Shown piece after piece: positions 52,928-64,000 of a DNA stretch of 64,000 nt. Origin of the DNA: Treponemataceae bacterium (lineage in GTDB: Bacteria > Spirochaetota > Spirochaetia > Treponematales > Rectinemataceae); the NCBI GenBank assembly GCA_963678065.2, contig CAXXVZ010000003.1, forward strand, positions 1,472,001 to 1,536,000, read 5' to 3'. The notes beneath the pieces are model-generated. The model did no database searches and had not been told where the DNA came from. It worked only from the letters and a program-made list of their open reading frames with translations. Position 1 is the first letter of the stretch; every line of letters starts with the position of its first letter. Both the position numbers and the translations under genes were made by a program.

Positions 52928-55078
52928 TCACTCCTCTTCGAGGCCGAGGACGGTCGGCAGGCCTCGGAGGGCCTTGGCGATGCGTTTGACGTCGTCCCGC
53001 GAATCCACTTCCATGGTGAAGTAGCCGGAAAGCGTCCCGTCGCCCTGTTCGTCGAGTTTGCCCTCGCGGAGGCGGCCCCGGAACTTGTGCACCGCGGCTT
53101 CCATCTCCGAAAAAATGTCCACGGTTCTGCGGACAGTCACGCGATACCGCGCGGTCACGAAGGGCGCGTCCTGTTCCCAGGCAACCTCGATCCTGCGGTC
53201 GGCGAAATCGGCGATCGCCGCGAGGGACTTGCAGTCCTCCCTGTGGACGATGATTCCCCGCCCGCGCGACACATAGCCGACGATGCGGTCTCCCGTGACG
53301 GGCCTGCAGCAGCCCGCGATGCGGATCATCATGTTCTTGGCTCCGCCTATGGCGACGCCCGCCTTGTCGTTGCGCAGGACCTGTCCGGGCTCGTAGGCGC
53401 GGAATTCCACGGTGGAGGGTGGCTTGGGGGCCGTGCCCTTTGCCTGGGCGGCCGCGAGCGCCGCTGAATCCCTCGTGAACTGGAGGCTCGTGCCCCCCGC
53501 CTTCTGCTCCTCGCCCTCGTGCGCCGCCCTGCCGTGCTCCTCGGCCTTCTCCTTCTCGGCCTTCTTGCCCGCGATGATGCTCTTGTCGATCGCGAGGACC
53601 TGGCCCGAGGCCACGAGAACGGCGCGGATCTTGCTGCGCGCCTTCGAGGTGCGGGCTATCCGGAGCCAGTTGACGTTGGGCCGGGCCTGGGGCGAGGTCA
53701 GTATCTCGACGACCTGCGTGTTCTTGAGCTCGCCGTCGAGGGGAATGATGGCCCCGTCGGCCTTGGCGCCGAGGCAGTGGATGCCGACATCCGAGTGGAT
53801 GGCGAAGGCGAAGTCGAGGGGCGTCGACCCTGACGGGAGTTCGATGACGTCGCCCACCGGCGTGAACACGAAGATCGAATCCTTGAGGAGCTCGCGCTTG
53901 ATGGTCTCGAGGTACTCCGCGCCCTCGGCCAGGAAGCCGTTCCACTCCTTGAGCTTGCTGACTATGGGCAGGTCGTCGATGCGGGGAGCTTCGGCGCTCG
54001 AGCCACCCTTGTAGAGCCAGTGCGAGGCGACGCCGTATTCCGCGACGCGGTGCATGAGCCCCGTCCTGATCTGGACTTCCAGAAGCGTCCCGCCGTAGCA
54101 CATGACCGTCGTGTGGAGGCTGCGGTAGCCGTTGGCCTTGGGCATGGCGATGTAGTCCTTGAAGCGGCCGTCCATGGGCTTCCAGAGACGGTGGACGAGG
54201 CCGAGGAGGGCGTAGCAGTCGTACTCCGTATCGCAGATGAGCCTCAGGCCCAGAAGGTCGTAGAGTTCCTCGGCGCCCTTGGCCTTTTTGCGCATCTTGA
54301 GGTAAATCGAGTAGAAGTGCTTGGCTCTGGCGGAAATCTCGACGGCGATGCCCTCTTTCTTTGCCTCGGCCATGATTTCGGCCTGGACCCTGGCCAGGAA
54401 CTCCTCGCGCTCGCCCCGCTTTATGGCGACGATATCCTTGATCTGGTCGAAGGCCTCGCGGTTGATGACCTTGAGCGAGAGGTCCTCGAGCTCGTCCTTG
54501 AGCCAGGAAATACCGAGGCGGTCGGCCAGCGGCGCGAACACGTCCAGGCACTCCGTGGCGATCTGTTTCTGGCGCTCCTCGGGCAGCCACTTCAGGGTCC
54601 GCATGCTGTCGAGCTTGTCCGCGAGTTTGACGATGATGACGCGCAGGTCCCTCGTCATCGCGAAGAGCATCTTGCGCATGGTTTCGGCCGCGTGGACCGT
54701 CTTGTTCTTGGCCCTGACCGCGGCGATGCGCGAGACTCCGTCGACGATGAAGGCGGTTCCCGGACTGAAACGCTCGCTGATCTCCTTCAGAACCGACTCG
54801 CTGCCCCGCACCGCCTGGGCGCCGGGCCGCGCTGTGGCGGGGGATTCTTCGAATATGTCGTGGAAGAGGGCCGCGAGGACGGATTCCATGTCCATGCCCA
54901 TCTCCACGAGGGTTCTGGCCACGCGGATGTTGTGCATGATTGCGGGCTCGCCAGAGGCGCGCAGGAGCTCTCCGTGCCGGGCAGTGGACCACTCGAGGGC
55001 CCTTCTCACGGTGTCGGAGGCCGATTCTCCGTAGGCAGAGGCAGTTTTTCCGAGAAAGTCCCGGATCAAATCTTCCAC
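52928..55078 (-). CDS. rel: Long RelA/SpoT homolog, (p)ppGpp synthetase/hydrolase
   Basis: HD, RFKDYIA.PK.NGY.SLHT, EVQIRT, TGS, CC and ACT domains. Confidence 0.92.
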   Translation of the reverse strand: MEDLIRDFLGKTASAYGESASDTVRRALEWSTARHGELLRASGEPAIMHNIRVARTLVEMGMDMESVLAALFHDIFEESPATARPGAQAVRGSESVLKEISERFSPGTAFIVDGVSRIAAVRAKNKTVHAAETMRKMLFAMTRDLRVIIVKLADKLDSMRTLKWLPEERQKQIATECLDVFAPLADRLGISWLKDELEDLSLKVINREAFDQIKDIVAIKRGEREEFLARVQAEIMAEAKKEGIAVEISARAKHFYSIYLKMRKKAKGAEELYDLLGLRLICDTEYDCYALLGLVHRLWKPMDGRFKDYIAMPKANGYRSLHTTVMCYGGTLLEVQIRTGLMHRVAEYGVASHWLYKGGSSAEAPRIDDLPIVSKLKEWNGFLAEGAEYLETIKRELLKDSIFVFTPVGDVIELPSGSTPLDFAFAIHSDVGIHCLGAKADGAIIPLDGELKNTQVVEILTSPQARPNVNWLRIARTSKARSKIRAVLVASGQVLAIDKSIIAGKKAEKEKAEEHGRAAHEGEEQKAGGTSLQFTRDSAALAAAQAKGTAPKPPSTVEFRAYEPGQVLRNDKAGVAIGGAKNMMIRIAGCCRPVTGDRIVGYVSRGRGIIVHREDCKSLAAIADFADRRIEVAWEQDAPFVTARYRVTVRRTVDIFSEMEAAVHKFRGRLREGKLDEQGDGTLSGYFTMEVDSRDDVKRIAKALRGLPTVLGLEEE

Positions 55079-55988
55079 GGCTTTCTTCCCCCCGTGACGC
55101 GGGCGAGGCCTGCGAGATCCTCGACGCAGCGGATATCGGTGTAGCCTGCATCCGACAGCATGTGCCTGATCGCGGCGGCCTGGCTCGGATCGGATTCTAC
55201 AAACAGTAACCCACCCGGGCAGAGATGGTGAAGTGCCTCCGGGACGAGGCGCCGGTACAGATCGAGTCCGTCGGCGCCGCCGTCCAGGGCGAGGCGGGGC
55301 TCGGACCAGCCGCGCGAAAGCAGGCCGTCTGTTTCCCGGGACGGGACATAGGGCGGGTTCGCCAGGATAAGGTCGAATTCTCCCCCGACAGACGAGAAGA
55401 GGTCGCTACGGACGAAAGGCAGCTCACGGCCGAGCAGGTCGCGGGAATTGCGGCGCGCGATGGCGAGGACGCCTTCCGAAATGTCGGAGGCGGAAACCTC
55501 CCACCCGGGCCTTTCGGCCGACAGTGTGATGGCGACGGCGCCCGAGCCCGTGCAGAGTTCGTGGACGCGCAGGGGGCGGGATGGCGGCGCGACAAGGGTG
55601 GTACCGCTCGACGAGTCTCCTTCAGGGCCGAAACCTGCGCAGGACACCGCGCCAGACGCGGCGGCGAGGGCCGCCTCCACGAGTATCTCGGTATCAGGAC
55701 GCGGGATGAGGACGTTCTCGTCGACATGAAAATCGCGCCCGTAGAATTCCTTCGTGCCGACAAGGTAGGCGATTGGCCTGCCCTCAGCCCGCGCCGCGAG
55801 GTGGCCGCGGTAGCGACGCAGGGCCGCTTCGTCGACTTCGCGGGAAAGATCGGCGAAAAGCCGCGAGCGTGTCACTCCGATGCAGTGGGCGAGGAGGAGG
55901 GAAGCGTCCAGACGGGCGGTCTCCGATCCTGCGAGGACGGCCGAACCGCCCAGGATCGCGCCGCCCTCCGCGAGCGCTTCCCGGACTG

Positions 55989-55992
<4 letters not shown>
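55066..55992 (-). CDS. prmC: Release factor glutamine methyltransferase
   Basis: [19 protein letters not shown] and ALDGG.DGL motifs; GTG start coupled to prfA. Confidence 0.92.
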
Positions 55993-57059
<1,067 letters not shown>

Positions 57060-57166
57060 GGCAAAATGGTATACGAAAGACTCCCAGAAGGACAAGCATC
57101 GGCATCCGGCCCGCTGTCAAGGAGCTCATCGTCGATGTACATGTCCGCGACGAGCTGTATCGCGGA

Positions 57167-57472
57167 CTACTCGCTGGCCGTGCGATAATCCACCACGAGA
57201 ACATCCTTGATGAGGGGCCGGAGAGAGGCCGAGAATGATGTGTGATCGGGATGGACCAGATAGGCGTCCCGGTCCGCGTCATCGCGGAAGGTCAGAAAAA
57301 AACAGTGCGTGAATCCGTGGCTCTTGCCTTCGGGACTGGAGTCGGTGCCCCATTCCATGGCAACTATACCGCCGATCTTCCCTTTTAAAGCAAGAAAATC
57401 TTCCACCGCGCGGGCGATCGAATCCTCACGCGCAGTTTCGGCAAACGAGAAAAGCACACAGTGCCGTGTCAT
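57167..57472 (-). CDS. Dabb-family stress protein
   Basis: RHCVLF, GFTH and YLVHPDH motifs. Confidence 0.85.
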   Translation of the reverse strand: MTRHCVLFSFAETAREDSIARAVEDFLALKGKIGGIVAMEWGTDSSPEGKSHGFTHCFFLTFRDDADRDAYLVHPDHTSFSASLRPLIKDVLVVDYRTASE

Positions 57473-57487
57473 ATGTTCCTCCGAGGC

Positions 57488-58675
57488 CTAAAGGGGGCCC
57501 TGACCGATCTCATCTGCGGATGCAGCCGCGGTCGCCCCGTCCGCCTCCGCCGCGTGGCCGATGGCGAGAAGCTCCGGTTTTTGCGGCGCTCCGGCCAGGA
57601 GCTTCTGGAACTTCTCCGGATCGCGCATGGCCTCCAGCAGCTCGGCCTGGGTTCTGGCGAGAGTTTCCAGGTCCTTCTCGTCCACCTCTATCGGCTGGAA
57701 ATACTCGGAGTGCATGAATTTGTTCAGTTGGCCCTGTATTCCCTTGAAAATCCCGCTTTCCAGAAAGTTCGCGAGCCAGGGGAAGGTTTCCTTGTCAGGG
57801 ATACCCGGTTCTTCGTTCCTGTCTTTGGCCTGCCCCAGAAAATCCAGTCCGGCGTTGATCGCCTCCATCTGGACCGCATCTATCGAAAGCGCCTTTACCT
57901 GGAGGCGGAGACCTTCGATGATCCGGTTTTTTTCCTGGATGGTTTTCCGGTACTCGGTTTCCATCCGTTCCTGCCGGGACTTCATGTAGAGCATGTAGGA
58001 TCCCAGCTCGTCGGCGTTGCCCGAAATGCTGTTCAGTATCGACGAGAGCCGGGCCAGCACGTCGTTGTCGAGATTGTAGGGATAGCGGACCGTGTGGTCG
58101 ATCTCGCCCCAGGCCTCCTCGAACAGGGTCCTGACCTGCATCTCGATGATGAACTTCTGCTTGTTCGGACTCGTCATGAGAGAGTAGTGGACCGATCGGT
58201 AGCCGAATTTGTGGAACTCGATCTTGCACTCGTTCTCGCGGTAAAAATCGAGAATTCGATCCGAGTCGCCCTCCCGCACATAGGCGGTCGGTTTTTCCGC
58301 CATCTCCCAGTGCGAGGTGATGTAGCGGTGAATTTTGATCCAGTCTTCCTTGAACAGATGGAGGGCGCGGATGCCGATGAGATCCGTTATCCTGTCTTTG
58401 TAATTGTCGATCCCGATGTCGTTCGCAGGAGATTCGAGCCGCTTCCTGACGATCTTCGCGAGAAGATGGTCGGGGTCCTTGAGCCGGTAGTTGATCGAGT
58501 GGACTATCTTGTTCTTGAGGATGATGTCGACGACGTAGCGTCCGACGGTTTCAAGATCGGGGAGACTGCGGCCGTAATCGTCGGCGATAGCGAGAAGCTC
58601 ATTCCAGCTGATCCCCGCCTTCTCGAACTGCTCATCGCTGAAACGGAAGGTTTCAAGGAAATTCTGAAGGTCCAT
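57488..58675 (-). CDS. RelA/SpoT synthetase-domain protein (small alarmone synthetase-like) with coiled-coil tail
   Basis: RLKD...K, DLIGIR, GYRSVHY and EMQVRT...AW.EIDH motifs. Confidence 0.8.
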   Translation of the reverse strand: MDLQNFLETFRFSDEQFEKAGISWNELLAIADDYGRSLPDLETVGRYVVDIILKNKIVHSINYRLKDPDHLLAKIVRKRLESPANDIGIDNYKDRITDLIGIRALHLFKEDWIKIHRYITSHWEMAEKPTAYVREGDSDRILDFYRENECKIEFHKFGYRSVHYSLMTSPNKQKFIIEMQVRTLFEEAWGEIDHTVRYPYNLDNDVLARLSSILNSISGNADELGSYMLYMKSRQERMETEYRKTIQEKNRIIEGLRLQVKALSIDAVQMEAINAGLDFLGQAKDRNEEPGIPDKETFPWLANFLESGIFKGIQGQLNKFMHSEYFQPIEVDEKDLETLARTQAELLEAMRDPEKFQKLLAGAPQKPELLAIGHAAEADGATAAASADEIGQGPL

Positions 58676-58850
58676 TGGCGCTAAAGTATTCATCCGGCCC
58701 GGGAAAGTCCAATCCACACATCCACACCCGAATGAGCAGGCTCGCGGTGAACTGCGCGGGTATGAAACCCCCTTTAGAATCAGCTTGTCCCAGGGTGATT
58801 CATCCTGTATTCTGAGACCTGTTCCCACAATCCAGGCAGAGGGAAAACAA

Positions 58851-61800
58851 ATGAAGAAGCGACTGTGGACTTCATCGATTTTGCCGGCCCTCATAGTCGC
58901 CATCGTCGCCATAGTCGCCATCGCCGGCATCATCGCGCTGAGGGCCCCGACGCCGAAGCCCGCGCAGGCCCAGGCTGTCCAAGCGCCGCTCGCCAAGCCT
59001 GCGGGGCCGGCGGCCGAAGCATTCAATGGGACTGAACTTCTTTTTCTCGGCAATAAGAACATAGCTCCGGTGATATACCTAAAAGGGACTACTCCCGGAG
59101 GGGTCGCCGTCGACATAGTCCATGCTCTCGCAAAACATATGCGGAGATCCATTAAAATCAGCGCCATGGATTGGTCGGAAGCGCAGGCTCTTGTCGCCAG
59201 AGGCGAGGCGGATGCCCTGATCCAGATAAACGCGACTGAGGAGCGGAAATATATATATGATTTTTCGGAGCCACTCCTTGAATCCCATTTTTCGATTTTT
59301 TCACGCGCGAATACGCTGGACATCATAGGGATCTCGAGTCTTCGCGGTTTACGGGTTGGAGTCGAATCAGGCGGCCTGCCGCATCAGGTATTGGGAAAAG
59401 ATTCTCGGATCGGCCTGACGATCATTCCCGACTTCCTTGAGGGCTTCAGGCGGCTGAAAGAAGGGTCGATCGATGCCGTTGTCGTCGACTACCGGGTCGG
59501 ATCCTATGTCCTCGCCGAAAATGGCATCAAGAATATCAAAGTAACCGGCGAACCGATCGAATCCTCCTACTCTTCGATCGCCGTGAAAAGGGGAAATACC
59601 GAACTGCTCGGTGCGGTCAACGATGCGCTGCGCAGCATCAAGGCTGACGGCAGTTACCAGAAAATTCTCGACAAATGGAGGCCGACAGAGGTTGTATTCG
59701 AAACCCGACAGCAGATCGCGGAACGGATTTACCTCACGATTACGCTCATCCTCTTCGCGCTGCTCCTGATTACCGTGATATGGGTCCTGACCATCAGGAA
59801 GCAATTGACCGGAAGAAAAGCCGCCGAAGAGAAACTGAAGGAACAGTATTCTACGCTGCACGGCATCATCGACCACGCCAATGCATTCATCTTTTCCGTG
59901 GACAGGCAATACCGCTACACCAGCTTCAATGCGGGACATGCCACCATGATGAAAGCGCTCTATGGCGCGGAAATCGAACAAGGCCACAGTCTGTTGGATT
60001 ACTTGACCGTGCCGGAAGACCGGAAGACCGCCAGGCGCAACATCGATCGGGCCTTGGCCGGCGAGCAACTCGTGGAGGAAGCCTATACCGGAGAGGAGCT
60101 TCGGTTGCGGCACTATTTTCGGGTGTCACACAGCCCCATCAAGGTTGACAAAGAGGTCATCGGCGTAGCCATGCTCGCCCAGGATATGACCGAGCGCAAG
60201 CAGGTAGAAGATGAGCGCGTTGAACACATCCGTTTCCTGGAAAGCCTGGCTCTCATCGACCAGGCTATCCAGAAGGAAACCAATGTCGAGGCAATGGTAA
60301 GGAATGTAGTCAATACGGTGTTTTCGATTTTCGACTGCGATCGTGCCTGGCTGTTCTATCCATGCGACCCCGATGCCCCAACGTTTCGCGTACCCATGAT
60401 AATCTGCAGGCCTGAATATCCCGCCGCCCAAGTCCTGGATGTGGACTTGCCAATACCACCGGACATGTCCGAGAATTTGCGGGAGGCATTGGGGACTGAT
60501 AATGCATTGACATATATTGCTGGAACAGATAGACCCATCAACAAAGTGACTGCCGAACAATTTGGCGTTCAATCGCAAATGTTGATTTCCATGTTTCCAA
60601 AGTTAGGCAAGCCCTGGGTTTTCGGAATGCACCAATGCTCGCACCCGCGGGTATGGACAGAGGAAGAGCGGCAGCTTTTCAAGGAGATCAGCAGACGCGT
60701 CACGGACAGCCTGACAAGCCTGTTGATGTTCCAGGACCTTGTGGAAAGCGAACGCGCAAAAACGGAACTCCTCGGGAAGTTGAATGAAGCCCAGCATATT
60801 GCCATGATCGGAAGTTGGGAGTGGGATCTGTCGACCAGTCGCGTATGGTGGTCGGATGAAACGTATCGGATTTTCGGCGTAGCACCGCAGGATTTCGTAC
60901 CTGACTTCGAAACAAACGGCAAGTTCATTCATCCCGATGATGTGCTGACATACAACAAGTCGTTTGAGCATACTATGCAGACAGGCGAACCCTTGGATGT
61001 CGATCTCAGGCTGATCTCAGGCGATGGACTGCAGAAAACCTGTCAAGCCAAAGGGGCGATGGATTATGGCAATTCCGGTAAACCGATCCGCTTTATCGGA
61101 ACGATCATGGACATAACCGAGTATAAACGCACAGAAGAGTCACTGCGCCGTTTGAATCGAGAACTGCGGGCGATCAGCAACTGCAATCAGGCTCTGATGC
61201 GGGCCGAGGATGAGCAGACTCTGCTCGGCCAGATCTGCCACATCATATGCGACGAAGCCGGCTACCGTCTGGCCTGGGTAGGGTTTGCCGAGAACGACGA
61301 GGGCAAGTCCGTACGCCCCGTGGCATGGGCCGGGTCCGACAACGGGTATGTCGAAAACGCCAAGCTCAGCTGGTCCGAAGATTCGGAACGCGGACAAAGT
61401 CCCGGCGGAATAGCCATCCGGAGCGGCAGGACAGTCTATGTTCAGGATTTTACCACCGACCCGCGGATGGCTCCCTGGCGGGAGAGCGCCCTGCAACGCG
61501 GTTATCGCTCTTCCATCGCCCTCCCCCTCAAGGACGAAAACGCGAAGGTATTCGGCATTCTCGTGATCTATTCAGCCGAGATCAACGCTTTTTTCCCGGA
61601 CGAACTCCGGCTCCTCGAGGAAATGTCCGGCGATCTGGCGTTTGGAATCGTCATCCTGCGAGTTCGCGCCGAACATAGATTCGCGGAAGAGGAAATTCGC
61701 AAGCTCAACCAGGAACTCGAACAGCGCGTCGCCGACCGCACCACCCAGCTGGAATTGGCGAACGAAGAATTGAAAGCGTTTGCCTACTCGGTGTCGCACG

Positions 61801-62477
61801 ACCTGCGCGCGCCGCTCAGGCACATTGACGGATTTCTGGATATGCTTCGGGAGAGGACCGCAGGGACGCTGGACGAAAAAAGCCAACACTATATGGAGAC
61901 CATCTCTGGCGCAACCAGGCGGATGGGCCTGCTGATCGATGATCTCTTGTCTTTCTCGCGCATAGGGTATCATGAACTGTCCCGGCGGCCGGTGGACATG
62001 AATAGGCTCGTCCAGGAGGTCATTCAGGAATTCGAGCTGGAAACTCGCGGCCGGACCATCCACTGGTGTCTGGCTGACCTGCCGGCAGTCATCGGCGATC
62101 GGGCCTTGCTGCGTATGGCAGTGGTCAATCTCCTTTCGAACGCCTTGAAGTACACCCAGCCGCGCCAGAAGGCGGAGATCGAAGTCGGCTTTTCCCGTGA
62201 AGCGAACGAAATCATCTTCTTCGTGCGCGACAACGGAGTAGGGTTCGACATGCAGTATGCCGACAAACTTTTTGGGGTGTTTCAACGCCTGCACAGCGCC
62301 AATGAGTTTGAGGGTACCGGCATAGGACTGGCCAACATCCGCCGGATCATCGCCCGTCATGGCGGTCGGACCTGGGCGCAAGGCGAAGTCGACAAGGGTG
62401 CCACATTTTTCTTTTCCCTGCCGCAACTCGCTCAGAAAGACCCGGGATCCGTAGACATACAACCCGATAATACCTGA
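58851..62477 (+). CDS. Multi-sensor histidine kinase (periplasmic SBP, PAS, GAF, PAS, GAF, HisKA, HATPase)
   Basis: SBP_bac_3-like N-terminus, IGSWEWD, SVSHDLRAPL and DNGVGF...GTGIGL motifs. Confidence 0.88.
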   Translation: MKKRLWTSSILPALIVAIVAIVAIAGIIALRAPTPKPAQAQAVQAPLAKPAGPAAEAFNGTELLFLGNKNIAPVIYLKGTTPGGVAVDIVHALAKHMRRSIKISAMDWSEAQALVARGEADALIQINATEERKYIYDFSEPLLESHFSIFSRANTLDIIGISSLRGLRVGVESGGLPHQVLGKDSRIGLTIIPDFLEGFRRLKEGSIDAVVVDYRVGSYVLAENGIKNIKVTGEPIESSYSSIAVKRGNTELLGAVNDALRSIKADGSYQKILDKWRPTEVVFETRQQIAERIYLTITLILFALLLITVIWVLTIRKQLTGRKAAEEKLKEQYSTLHGIIDHANAFIFSVDRQYRYTSFNAGHATMMKALYGAEIEQGHSLLDYLTVPEDRKTARRNIDRALAGEQLVEEAYTGEELRLRHYFRVSHSPIKVDKEVIGVAMLAQDMTERKQVEDERVEHIRFLESLALIDQAIQKETNVEAMVRNVVNTVFSIFDCDRAWLFYPCDPDAPTFRVPMIICRPEYPAAQVLDVDLPIPPDMSENLREALGTDNALTYIAGTDRPINKVTAEQFGVQSQMLISMFPKLGKPWVFGMHQCSHPRVWTEEERQLFKEISRRVTDSLTSLLMFQDLVESERAKTELLGKLNEAQHIAMIGSWEWDLSTSRVWWSDETYRIFGVAPQDFVPDFETNGKFIHPDDVLTYNKSFEHTMQTGEPLDVDLRLISGDGLQKTCQAKGAMDYGNSGKPIRFIGTIMDITEYKRTEESLRRLNRELRAISNCNQALMRAEDEQTLLGQICHIICDEAGYRLAWVGFAENDEGKSVRPVAWAGSDNGYVENAKLSWSEDSERGQSPGGIAIRSGRTVYVQDFTTDPRMAPWRESALQRGYRSSIALPLKDENAKVFGILVIYSAEINAFFPDELRLLEEMSGDLAFGIVILRVRAEHRFAEEEIRKLNQELEQRVADRTTQLELANEELKAFAYSVSHDLRAPLRHIDGFLDMLRERTAGTLDEKSQHYMETISGATRRMGLLIDDLLSFSRIGYHELSRRPVDMNRLVQEVIQEFELETRGRTIHWCLADLPAVIGDRALLRMAVVNLLSNALKYTQPRQKAEIEVGFSREANEIIFFVRDNGVGFDMQYADKLFGVFQRLHSANEFEGTGIGLANIRRIIARHGGRTWAQGEVDKGATFFFSLPQLAQKDPGSVDIQPDNT

Positions 62478-62527
62478 AAACCGGACTCTTGCCCCTCTTC
62501 CGTCCAGGCGCTATGATGTCACCCATC

Positions 62528-63805
62528 ATGCTTGACTACAAATACATACGCGACAATCTCGACGCAGTCCGGAAAAACATCGAGGCCCGCTACATGAAAG
62601 CCGAGGCCGATCTCGTGGCCTCCCTTTACGACAGCCGCAACGAGGTTCTCGCGAGGCTCGACGAGGAACGCCGCCGCCGCAACGAGAACGCCGCCGCCAT
62701 GAAGGGCAAGGTCGAGTCCGAACTCCGCACGAAGCTGATCGAGGCCGGCAAGCTTCTCAAGGACTCCATCGCGGCCCTGGAAAAGGAAGCCACCGAGATC
62801 GAGGCCCGGCTCGACGAGGAAGCCCGCCGCATCCCGAACATGGCCCACCCCGAGGCTCCCATCGGCAAAGAGGACAAGGACAACCTCGAAGTCAAGCGCG
62901 TCGGGGAACCCACGAAGTTCGATTTCGAGCCCAAGGACCACGTCCAGCTCGGTCAGGAACTCGACATCATCGACTTCGACACGGCGACCCGCGTCTCGGG
63001 CACGAAGTTCTACTACCTCAAGAACCAGGGCGTCATCCTCGAACTCGCACTTGTGCGCTACGCCCTCGACATACTGATGAAGAAGGGCTTCACCCTCTTC
63101 ACCACCCCCGACATCGCCAAGACCGAGATCCTCGAGGGTATCGGCTTCAACCCGCGCGGCGCCGAATCCAACATCTACTCGGTGGAGGGCGAAGGCACCT
63201 GCCTCATCGGCACCGCCGAGATCACTCTGGGCGGCTACTACTCGGGTACGATTCTGGACAAAGACAAGCTCCCCCTGAGGCTCGCGGGCCTGTCGCACTG
63301 CTTCCGCCGCGAGGCGGGCGCAGCCGGCCAGTTCTCCAAGGGCCTCTACCGTGTCCACCAGTTCACCAAGGTCGAGATGTTCGCCTACACGACACCGGAA
63401 GACTCCGACCGCATGCACGAGGAGCTCCGCGCCATCGAGGAAGAGATCTTCGCAGGCCTCGGCATCCCCTTCCGCGTCGTCGACACCTGCACCGGAGACC
63501 TTGGAGCGCCCGCCTACCGCAAGTGGGACCTCGAGGCCTGGATGCCCGGCCGCAACGGCGGCGAGTGGGGCGAAGTCACCTCTACCTCCAACTGCACCGA
63601 CTACCAGGCGCGCCGCCTCAATGTAAAGTACAAGGACGAAGACGGAAAGAATAAATTTGTGCACATGTTGAATGGCACCGCCATCGCCTGCTCGCGCGGC
63701 CTCATCGCCGTCATCGAGAACTTCCAGCAGTCGGACGGCTCCATCAGGATCCCCGCGGCCCTGGTGCCGTATTGCGGATTCGAGGAGATCAGGCGGCTGA
63801 AGTAG
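62528..63805 (+). CDS. serS: Serine--tRNA ligase
   Basis: GTAE, FRREAG, GLYRVHQF.KVE, SNCTDYQ.RR and LNGT motifs. Confidence 0.96.
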   Translation: MLDYKYIRDNLDAVRKNIEARYMKAEADLVASLYDSRNEVLARLDEERRRRNENAAAMKGKVESELRTKLIEAGKLLKDSIAALEKEATEIEARLDEEARRIPNMAHPEAPIGKEDKDNLEVKRVGEPTKFDFEPKDHVQLGQELDIIDFDTATRVSGTKFYYLKNQGVILELALVRYALDILMKKGFTLFTTPDIAKTEILEGIGFNPRGAESNIYSVEGEGTCLIGTAEITLGGYYSGTILDKDKLPLRLAGLSHCFRREAGAAGQFSKGLYRVHQFTKVEMFAYTTPEDSDRMHEELRAIEEEIFAGLGIPFRVVDTCTGDLGAPAYRKWDLEAWMPGRNGGEWGEVTSTSNCTDYQARRLNVKYKDEDGKNKFVHMLNGTAIACSRGLIAVIENFQQSDGSIRIPAALVPYCGFEEIRRLK

Positions 63806-64000
63806 GCGTGCATCCCCTTCTCAGCAGGCGCGAAAGGGGGTACGCGGCCGCAGGAAAGATCCGTCGGTCGGTCATGACCCCGACATCGCGCAGGCTGTAA
63901 AAGCTGCGCGGAAAATCTTTGTATGAAAGTATTGAGAAATCCATACCTCGACTTTGTCGAACTGAAAACCGGATCGGATGCGGCCGAGTATTCACGAAGG

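Noticed and set aside
63789..64000. Possible 3' end of a minus-strand gene at the window edge
   Set aside because: Too short and motif-free to call.

Overview
GC-rich bacterial chromosomal window, probably from a free-living spirochaete (Treponematales-like). This is inferred from protein style and gene context, not proven. The backbone carries a rhamnose-type ABC transporter with a YesM/YesN-like two-component pair, an iron/B12-family ABC transporter, argGH, kbl, xth, a ROK regulator, a JAB-DinG helicase, manA, mtgA, rel, prmC-prfA, a small RelA/SpoT-domain protein, a multi-sensor kinase and serS. Four elements stand out. (1) A visibly lower-GC island at ~32.0-46.4 kb encodes related lipoproteins with a strand-complementation (type V pilus-like) signature and an M30 protease, plus a TPR-CHAT caspase-like protease facing a DUF4384-like gene and two atypical NarL/LuxR regulators. 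(2) A duplicated cassette combines a promoter, a ~220-nt 5'UTR forming a conserved ~160-nt hairpin, and a Csu/SCPU-like pilin. (3) An unannotated leaderless Arg-rich leader peptide (MSTMNADNSLSFAPFLFHFARLRRR) lies upstream of argG under an ARG-box promoter, and a fully structured RNA lies between argG and argH. (4) Many genes show leaderless promoter geometry. No tRNA, rRNA, CRISPR array, integrase or transposase was seen. Family assignments come from motif recognition by eye; no database searches were run.
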